From the NCBI GenBank assembly GCA_907165135.1, contig OU015569.1, forward strand, positions 1,860,001-1,924,000: a stretch of DNA of 64,000 bases. The letters are read 5' to 3'. Positions 50,887-60,336 of this stretch are shown piece after piece; position 1 is the first letter of the stretch, and the number at the start of each line of letters is the position of its first letter. Made by a program: the position numbers and the translations under genes. Under the pieces are notes generated by a model that saw only the letters and a list, made by a program, of their open reading frames with translations, made no database searches and was not told the DNA's origin. Source of the stretch: Oikopleura dioica (taxonomy: Eukaryota > Animalia > Chordata).

Positions 50887-53213
50887 TCAGAAAGCCTCGC
50901 TGAAGTTTTCGTTGTTTTCGAAGTTTGCTTGGCGAGATTCTCGCAGCGAATATGACAGTGGTGAGAACTGGTTTTCAAATGTAAAACCGTCAAATGGATT
51001 GTCTGCAAAAGAGACAGTTAGTTTCGCTATCAATTATTTAGCGTGTACCTGGACCGAGAGTTCCAACAGCGGCTTGATTGACGGAATTGGGGATTGGCGA
51101 GTTTCGGAAGGACGCCTCGATGTATTTTCCATCGGTCGGTCCGTTCTAAGACAACAAATTATAAGAATTCATCAAAATATATTTCTTGGGGCGATGAATT
51201 CGCCTCAGAGGTATCGCTTGTGTTGGATTCTAATCTTGTGCGCTTGCGAGCCTCACCCGCTCACGCCCTCTCAGATATCCGTTCTTTTACACGATCATCA
51301 CCGACGATTTTAATTGTTTACGCTTGAATTATACTTGACTCACCAAATTAGGGATGAAGGGAGGGGGAATTTTCTTGGCCAGTAGCTTATCCCAAGCTAC
51401 GTCTCGGAAGAACTTGTGGCATTTGATTTCTTCCCAGTCCGACTCTCCGTGACCGAGACGCTCTTTTGGATTTTTCTGTAGGACGTGCTGCAGGAAGTCG
51501 CGCATTTCTGACCTGAAAGATAGTTTAATGATCTGTCTTTATCGTTTAATTGTAAACTTACGAGACAGAGGTTGGCAACTTGAGAGGTTTGTAAAGTATT
51601 CCTCTGTACATTTCATCAACGACACGTGAGTAGAATGGAGGCAGGCCATATACCATCTCGTAAGTGACTGCTCCAAGGCACCACCAGTCGATAGACCTGG
51701 TGTACGGTTGCTTCTTTAGTACTTCTGGAGCCAGATACTGAAGATTAACGTTATAGGCGAAATAAAGTTCTTTATAACTATTAGTTTGAAGTTATGTCCT
51801 CAGAAACGTATAATAATCCTGACCTGTCATGTGGCGATTCCTCCGCTAGAGCTCTTTTGGATCAATCGGAAATAACTTCCGACCGGTCTAAAGAGAAAGA
51901 ACCAGAGAGAAATGCTTCCTTCCGGAGAAGTCAAAGCTTGACCCAATGGCTGACAAAAGCGTTAGATAATCGCCAGGGATGATTGGTACTCAGAGAATGG
52001 ATTTACTATTGTCGTCATTGACATTTATCAGCTGTACGAAAATATAAGCAAAAAGATTTACCTCCGGCGTGCCGCAGAAGGTATCCGTTGTTGTGCCCGC
52101 TTTCATGTTGTCTTTACAGAGGCCAAAGTCAGTGAGTTTCACGTGTCCGTCCGAGTTAAGAAGGATGTTCTCTGGCTTGAGGTCGCGGTAGATCAGCTGT
52201 CTCTCGTGCATGTAGCCGATCGCGGAGCCTATTTCGGCGGAGTAAAACTTGGCTCTCGATTCTGGAAAGGTCCTGTCGCGTTGGAGGTGGAAAAAGAGCT
52301 CTCCGCTAAAATTCTGATTGAGAATTGGCGAGGTGAGTAATCGCGTGGGCGGCGCAATATTGCGCGCGCTGGAGGAATGATAACTTACCCGTTAACGTAA
52401 TCCAGGACAAAATAGAGCTTGTCCACAGTCTGGAAGGAGTATTTCAGGGAGACGAGGAAGGGGTGCTTTAGGTTGTCGATGAGCACGCGTCGTTCGCAGT
52501 TGATATGGTCGGTTTCATTCTTCTGAAGGATCTTCTTTTTCTCAAGCGTCTTGATAGCGTAGTACTTGTTTGATTGCCCGTTCATCGTCGCCAAATAAAC
52601 GCGACCGAAAGAACCTTTTCCGATCTGCATTATGTATGTGAAATCCCTAATGAAAAGTTCAGGACATAGCACCGACGGCTTGTACTTACGTTGGCGTTAG
52701 ATGACGTGATTCTGTAACTCCGAGACTGATGTCGCCGATGTGCTCGCTGGAGATGGAATACTCGCTCTTAGAAGAAGGAAGTCTCCCGTTGAGTCCTTTT
52801 GGGCCATAGAGAAACTTAGGAACGCTTTCGTGCTGCATGAAATGTCTGTTTCCGACGACCTGTTTCATCATTCGATCCAAAGTGTCCAGCCTTAATCATT
52901 TGTCTAGGAGTTGTTACTCAGGCGTTGAATTTACCTGTGAACGTAAAATTTCTTGTTGAGCTTCTGAAAAATGGCCTTTGCGCCTCTGACGGGGAGTTCG
53001 AGCTTGTCAGAGGAGACCTCTTTGTTGAGTAGCTTGCCGAGATGAATAAACTCGTTGAAGGAGCGCTGCGTGACCGACTTGTTGTTGGAGGCATCGGTGT
53101 ACGTAACCTGGGATTTCTTTCTAGCTCCCAAAGGCTTTTTGTGTACCTACCAAGTACTCGTCTGAGCTGGTTCCGTTCGGGTCGGTGACGACGCTCACCG
53201 TCGCGACAGACAT
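50887..53213 (-). CDS. SGK: PX-domain serum/glucocorticoid-regulated kinase (SGK3-like)
   Basis: PX-like N-terminus ([10 protein letters not shown]...LP); [70 protein letters not shown]|YLAPEVL; hydrophobic motif FDGFTF. Confidence 0.92.
51200..51307 (-). ncRNA. Box C/D guide RNA C (108 nt), predicted to guide U2 snRNA Cm40
   Basis: Stem TCGTC/GGCGA; C box GTGATGA 51301-51295; D' CTGA 51274-51271; D CTGA 51208-51205. The D' guide AAGAACGGATAT is complementary to U2 positions 36-47. Lies inside SGK intron 51146-51343. Confidence 0.8.
51794..52024 (-). ncRNA. Long box C/D snoRNA B (231 nt), paralogue of snoRNA A
   Basis: Stem ATGTC/GACAT; C box variant ATGACGA 52018-52012; the same 18-nt guide CAATAGTAAATCCATTCT; D' CTGA; D box CTGA 51803-51800. 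Lies inside SGK intron 51738-52061. Confidence 0.78.
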
Positions 53214-53710
53214 TATTCGATTTTCGATCTATAAATGCCAAATATTTAGATGACCGGCGATTTGTTTCAAAAATAATAAATACTGTCAGTCTGTATTTCA
53301 CAGAATATAAATAGAACGCCTGGTTAGGTGAATAGTTGACGCAGGTGGTAATCAACCTTTTTGGTTGATTAACAGTTCCGTTTGAATCCAAACGGATCGA
53401 ATGAGCCTTTCTGACTCTTTCGGCTCACATAGGCACAGGGCCGCCACTCAGGGAATTATAGCAGCCCATTTTCGCCTCTAAGGATGAACAAGTAGGGAGA
53501 CCCGGCTTCTTCGCGAAACTGGACGATGGACGGGCCCCGCGGTTCACAGCGCAAAAACATTCGACCGTCTAAAAAAGAAAAATGAAAGTGAGTTGTTGTT
53601 TTGTGGTGAAATAGAGAGCTCTTCTGAATGTGAGTGAGATATAGGCAGTGTTGATAACTGAAAAAATAATACAAAAATAGGTATCCATTTGCCGGCAGTT
53701 GTAATTTTTC

Positions 53711-56700
53711 CTAGATGCTGGGATTTGAACTTATTGTAGTCAGCTTCACTTTCTTCTTGATTTTTTTCGCCGGCCTGAAACGAAACAGTAAGGGTTTTCA
53801 CTCCTTATTTAAGAATAATTCTCGCTTATAAATCTGGACTTACTTGGCATCTGCGACGAGAGTGTCGGACACGGATTTAGCCATCAAGTCAGTTTTTCCT
53901 GCCGTTTTCGCCGCTGGTGGGAAGATGTTTCTTGATGGTCCCGGGCCGGGAGAAGCAGAACGGCTACTTGGCCCGGGAGAAGCAGCTGGGGTTGTATTCG
54001 CAGAAGAAAGTGGCGATGCATACTGAACAACTGACTTCTGCTTCGAGGCAAGATGAAGTTTCGGACCCGTCTTCTTTGTCCGCATCGGAGTAGCAGTCTT
54101 CTTCTTTACTTTGCCATCAGATGACTTGAGAGACTTCACAGAGCCGCCAGATGATGACCTGCTAGCGACCGATGATGACGAAGGAGTCTTTTTCTTCGCG
54201 CTGAGAAGAAATATCGGCGCAATCTTGACAACTTTATTCGTCGGCGTTGTCATTGTTGGAACCTCCTCGTTCGAGCTGCTCTTCGAAGTACTGGAAGATT
54301 GAGATGTCTTCGAAGATTTCTTAGAGCTCGCCTTCGGCAAAATTCCGGGCTTAGGGAGACCTTCGGGCTTCGGTAAAGCCATTTCTACATCGTCGTCGAT
54401 GATAATCGCTGCCGAAGATGAAGCTGGTTGCGCGGCCCCGCCAGGGGATTTTTCTTTTGACTCCGACAGTTTTTCGAGCTTCTCGGTGAGCATCGCTGTA
54501 TCGAGAACTTTTCGCCTTTTCTCCACGCTCTCAGCCTGATCATCTTCGAACGTCGACTTTCTCTTCTTGTCATTCTTCTTCTTTGGAATGAGCGTGTTGA
54601 CTTTTTCGGCCGGGGGAACTTTCGCGTTCGCATTCGAAACCGCCTTCGTCGCCAGTGGAGCGGCTTTCGAAGACGGAGTCTTCTTCTTGCTCTTTGCGAC
54701 GAGCTGATTGACCACGGGAAGAGCCGCTGCCTTCGTTATCTTTGGCGCAGAAATATTTTCCTTGCTTTTCCCGGAGTCGCCGATTTTCGCCTTCTGGATA
54801 CCAGTCGTCAATTTCTGCACCGGATCTTCTTTCGCCTTCGAAGCAAGCTTCTTTTTCTCCGCCTTTTTGAACGCGGCAGCGATGGAGGCAGCTTGCTTCT
54901 TCGCCTCCTTTTCTTTCTGCTTTTCGAGCTTGGCCGCTGCTCTCTCCGCATCCCTAGCCTGCTTTCTTGCTTCTTTTTCGGCTGCTTTGGCAGCAAGAAT
55001 GGCTTCTTTCTTCTTTTCGGCGCGGCGCTTCTTGACAAATGCTTCCAGTTTGACCCGCCTGTTGATAATCTTGCCGATTTTTTGTCGCATTTGGGATGGA
55101 GAATCGCTCAGAATCGGGCCCATCTTCTTCTGGTCAAGATAAACAGAGGAGATATACCCGTCGCGAGAGCTAACCATGAGATGCGTGCCACAATTTGACC
55201 AAGATGCGTCCGTCATATTCGCATAATGGTTGTCGACGATCCTTGCGATTGGGCGCATATCATGCGTGTCGTAGAGCACCACCGAGTTCTCGCAGATAGC
55301 AGCCAGAATCATGCGGTAAGGCATTTTAAGGATCGTCTCCATTTCGTACCCATCCTTGTCGAGCTTAGGCGCATAGAGCGTGGGACACCAACGAACTGCC
55401 AAAACGGGCTCGGGCGAAGCAAGGAGAAACATCGGCGTCTTCAAACTGCGGCGGGTGAAGATCGCGATGCACGTCTTTCTAGGCGGGCCCTTCGATTTTC
55501 GTCCACTTTCTCCCGAAGAGGAAGACGCAACTGTAAGAGCACTCTTCGTTTCTTCCTTATTGGCTTTTGGAGATTAGGCTCGCTAGCGTCCATCTCCATC
55601 GCTTCTGGCTTCTGCGTGTCATCATTTTTTGATTTTCGTCCCTTTTTAGAACCCTCCGACTTGTGAGGAATTTCCGCGCCGGGGCAAGCAAGAAGAAGGC
55701 CAGTTGGGCACCACTGGAGTCGCCTGACAAAACCAGCAAGATTATCATCAGCGAAGATTCGCACTGGACGGTCATGCTCTTTTGTCGGAATGACTCTCGA
55801 CACTGCCGCTTTGGAAACGAAACGGTCTTTCTTCTTCTTCTTTTTCTTCCGATCGACCCAGCAGCGCATCGAGCGATCGGCCGACAAGGTAGCAAATAGC
55901 TTTCCAAGAGGGTCGATAGCGCAGCCCTGGACGTAGTGAGTGTGATTGGTGAGCTGGGCGATTTTGGTTTTGTTCCATGGATCCCAAATGATCATCGAGT
56001 TGTCAATGCCGCAGCTGGCGAGTTTGCGACCATCGGAAGACCAGGAAAGATCCACAACGTCTTCGATGTGGCCGCGGAGAGTCGTCTCGCATTTCCAACA
56101 CTCCGAGCCCATGTCCTCATCAGGATCAGCTCCAAAGACGACTGTCGGCTTTGCGCCCGGATGGTGCACCCAAATCAAAATGTAAGAGTCGTCAGCGGCC
56201 GAGGCTGATGGAAAATTTTGAATTTGAAAGAATAAAACATGAAGTTCTTACCTAGAATAGTTTTGCCGTTTTTAGTAACAGGAGAAAAACGAACAGCACC
56301 GATTCCTTTTTCGTGACGGGAGAGCGTTGCTGTGTGCTTGATGTCGATGTCTCCGTCTCGGCGGTGGGAGATTATCCAGACTCTGGGCAGGAAAGTTGAA
56401 AGAGGGAAGATTTTAATAAATAATTGGGAGATTTTAAGAATAAATATACGGACCTTATTCATAACGAAATTTCAAATAGGTTAGAAATTTACACTTATTT
56501 TAAGAATAACTGAAAATTATGAAGCTTTTCTTACCTGACCATCGTGTCGACACCACCACTAGCCATTCGGAATCCGCATTTATCGGCTCCTTGAGCTCTC
56601 ACTCGAGCGATCTTCCGAACACCGTCGGTTGCGGCGTGATAGTTGATCGTCTTTTGCGGAACATGATGCTTGTAGGGTAGGAAATCTACCGCATGAATGG

Positions 56701-56816
56701 CCTCTTTTTTGTGCCAGATGATCTCATTCGTTCTTCGAGAAAGTTTGACAAAAATACGAACATCTCGAACGAAGAATTCAAGAAAATTATTCACAAATTG
56801 GAAAAACAACTTTCAT
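53711..56816 (-). CDS. CHAF1B: Chromatin assembly factor 1 subunit B (p60/Cac2) with a long basic low-complexity C-terminus; start codon tentative
   Basis: NEIIWHKKEAIHAVDF, MASGGVDTMVRVW, LSRHEKGIGAVRFSP, LRGHIEDVVDLSWS, HTHYVQGCAIDPLGKLFATLSADRS, LAVRWCP, LKMPYRMILA and HYANMTDASWS fit CAF-1 p60 rather than HIRA. Confidence 0.85.
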
Positions 56817-56879
56817 TAATAAATATTTAATAGAATATCGTAAATAAAATAAGAAAGATTGAAAATAAATACCAAAAAT

Positions 56880-57160
56880 TCTTCGCGCCGAAATTTATTT
56901 TTCGAGTCGTCGATTTTCTGTGTCAATCTCTAGCCTGGTTTTCGCGGAGTAAAAGCCGTGAGGACGACCTTTGGGCACTTCTACAACCTCGTCAGGTGTC
57001 GGTTCTTTTCTCTGTTTTGCTTTGGGCCTGAATCTAACATTTTTACGTTCCATTGGGGCAGATCCGAGAGGGAAAAAACTCTAAAGCGCGACTCTTTCAC
57101 TACACGTGAAGCGCGGTTGGCCAATTGGTTCGGCGAGGCGCGCCAGCTCTCGGCCAATCA
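56880..57160. promoter_or_regulatory. Likely promoter of CHAF1B and the downstream cluster (CCAAT boxes, E-box, E2F-like site)
   Basis: CCAAT/ATTGG at 57121-57128, CCAAT 57154-57158, CACGTG 57103-57108, and TTCGCGCCGAAA near 56882, all in the gap upstream of CHAF1B. Confidence 0.4.
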
Positions 57161-57874
57161 GCGCCGGGGAGAGCGCAAATACCTTCAAAAAATCCAAAGA
57201 ATACGCGCAAAGGGAAAACGAGCACGCATCTTCCCACCCTCCAGCTGATCCCCAACCTATCCCATATCAGTGCCATTAAATATTTTTTGCTATTTTAAAG
57301 TGGTTTATTAATTCAACAGAATTTTAATTCATCGTATTCTGTTTTTATTTTGAATTCTTAAATCCCAAAAGAGAATTTATCAGGGAACATTCACGTGGGT
57401 CACTACGATTGTGGAGGACTCTTCGTGTGTCTTCCAGCAGACCATTCAGACTCCTAGGGAAGAGGTCGCCAAGGGGCGCGATCTCTTTAGCGCGCCAAAT
57501 TTGAATCGCAATCGAAAAATATGAAAAACATGCAGAGATCGAGACTTTCTCGAAGACTTGGCGATCTGTGGAATGGAAAACTTTCAGCTTTTTTTACACG
57601 AAGCTTTTATTTCCTCGGTTAGAGTTTGAAAAACTCTTTTATTTTGGGAAGTTGTTTTTATTACATTTGCCAACTAATAAAAATGAAGACTTTCGAAACA
57701 TCCTTTATTTTGGAGCTTTTCGAAATGAAATTTTTATTCAAGGTATGCTTGTTTATTGGAGATGGATATCGCGCGAGTTAAAACAGGGAGAACAAAAATA
57801 AATTTCATGGATTTCTGAGGAACGAAAACAAGGTTGATTCAGACCACTTGGCAGATGTTTCGATATTTTGTTGT

Positions 57875-58868
57875 CTACTTGATGTACTTGTACATGAATC
57901 GACGGTGGAAGTCCGATCGGATAGTGTCGTTCACTGAATTAATTTTCGAGAGGCTGAAAATGCTGGGACTATTTACCGAAGTTTTTCTTCTTTTCAGGCT
58001 CTTGTCGGGCGCAGTTCTTGAAGACGACGTCGTCATCCCACCGCCGTTTCACTGCAGTTTGCGCTTTCTTTCCATCGTTGAGCAGTGGGTTGCCCCTAAA
58101 TTAAAATATTCATATAGTAGGCTTGATCATTCCTAATTGCCGCATTCTTCCTTGATCGCAAACAAATCGGATTCATATATTTTAGGGGAAAAAATATCAT
58201 AAAAGTGGACGAGAATTGATTTGATTTTGAATGCTTACTTGAGAATATTTTCCTGGCGAATTCTTTCTTCATCTTCAGCGCGAGCGGCTTCTTGTTCTTT
58301 CTTTTCTTCTTCTCGTTCAGCTTTAATCTAAAAACGCGGAATAAGCATGCCAAAAGCAAAACTTTTCACGGACCTTGTTGAGCTCGGCCAAGAGATCGGC
58401 GGTCTCGTCTTCTTCATCTGATGAGTCGTCGTCTGAGTCTTCTATCGGCTCGTCCGCGTCTATATTCCTTGTCCGAGACGAGCCTGACGTTATCGCTGAG
58501 TGCGCTACTGACGAACTCGAGCTACGAAGAACGAATAACATAAGAAACTAGCCGGATCGAGTGGACCTCACCTTGAGCCCTTGTACATTCCTCGTTCCTT
58601 GTTTCTGTCTTCTCGAGCCTTTCGCTCGGCCTGCTCGAGTTTCTTCTTGAAATCGGTCATTTCGTAGTCGGCCTCGTTTCCCTACAAGAGACTTTTCATC
58701 CCGTCAGAAGATGAAAGCCAGTACCTGTCCATCTCCTCGGTACTTGAGGGTCATTTGCGAGGGCATGTCTCGGGTAGAAACTTGCTTGGAGAGCTGACCC
58801 AAGTCAGTCTCTCCCTTCATCATTCCACCCTTCGCCGGCTCGAAGGTCGGCCGCGCTGCCGTTGTCAT
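57875..58868 (-). CDS. CWC15: Spliceosome-associated protein CWC15
   Basis: [15 protein letters not shown]...[23 protein letters not shown]; C-terminus [15 protein letters not shown]...[20 protein letters not shown]. Confidence 0.96.
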
Positions 58869-59289
58869 TTTTTACGCTTCTAAACTTTTACTCACATATT
58901 TTGTGAATAAGCAAACTTTTTGTCAGAGAATTACTAGTCGTCGAGCAGCATAGACTCTACCAGGAATATCTTTACCCTGGTTCAAATTAAAAGAAATCAT
59001 TTGTGTGACATTAAGGATAAAAGTAGTCGAAGTTTTAAACTCGAAGATCCTCATGAAAAGCATGATTATTAAAAAGAAATAAGCTCAATGCATATCTTCT
59101 TGCTAACATCATCTACCCGGTATTTTCTTGCGCGAAAGCTGCTGTATGACAAATAGAAAAGACGCATGAATTAAAAAAAGGTATTTGTTATCGTGTTGGC
59201 ACAGAAAAAAGGTCGATAAATTGTTGGAACAGGATGGAAAAATTGAATACGGACTTCCTGCATCCAACTAAGCCCAACTCTTCTAGCAT

Positions 59290-59460
59290 CTGCCTTTCGT
59301 TTCAATGTCCATGTCGGGCATCGTTGTCTCTCTTATCGACCTCCCTGTTGATAGGTGAGGAGAGGTCTCGCAAATGGTTGTAGTCATTGTTGATTTCAAC
59401 GTCGTCAGATCCGAATCTCGCATAGAACCATACTTTGGGCGCTACGCCGTCCGCCAATCT
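59290..59460 (-). CDS. Probable terminal exon of an unidentified small gene
   Basis: Acceptor near 59460 followed by LADGVAPKVWFYARFGSDDVEINNDYNHLRDL...HGH and stop; upstream exons not resolved. Confidence 0.2.
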
Positions 59461-60336
59461 AGAATTTAAAAAGAATTAAATAATGTAAGTTAGAGAATAA
59501 TAGTCTTCAGTATCTCAACGGAGATTACTGACATTTAGTGATTTTACAGGATCACCGAATAACATGAGTGCAGAAGTACAGATCTTGACAGCAGCTTCCT
59601 ATTCCATTATAGGAAGATATTACTCTGCAGAAGTTCCTGCCCCTTTCATCTCAGAGTGCTTCATTCTTCGACTTGTGATTCGAATTCTGTTAGTACTCTG
59701 ATTCGACGCATTTTCAAAAACGAATAGGGAGTAAGGTCTCCGAAGAGATCATTTCGAAAGTCATTCCGTTCAAGTCTAAAGGAGTGGAGATTAAAATAAG
59801 GACAAGTTTGCGTGGGGTTGAACTTTGCAATTTTGAAGAAAGACAATGATGCAGAGGGGACAGCTTTAAAGTGCATTTTCATATTTTTAAGTTGGTTAGT
59901 TGAAGTGGTGATGACTACAGCCCGTGTAGTTAAAGGCAGTAGTCGAGGTCGAAGTCATCGTCGTGATGACCAATCTTGAAAACACTATTTATCTCAGAGA
60001 AAATGTCGGAAAACTAAAGGCTCCTGTCTCTATTATTGCAAAAATGCAACTGAGAATAAATGACTAAAAAAGGATAATCCCGTTGATTCGCCTACGCGAG
60101 CGGAGGTGGGTTAAAAAGCTCATACGATAAGTCGCGCTCTTATTGGCTTATGCTAGTTGCCTACGATATCTGCTCACGCACGCCATCAGGGCTCAATGGT
60201 GTCCCCCGCAGCGCTACGGAACCAACCACCGCGTAAAGAAATGAGCCATCAATTCAATTACAGGCGCGAATAATCTGTATTGATTAATTATATTATAGAA
60301 TAGTAGCTCGGAATATTGTTCTAGAATTAAGTCTTT

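Noticed and set aside
51794-51982. Plus-strand 62-aa ORF nested in an SGK intron
   Set aside because: It is the antisense of snoRNA B and has no protein motif.
53150-53200. Apparent frameshift at the SGK N-terminus
   Set aside because: Resolved by a canonical 52-nt GTGAG...GGTAG intron.
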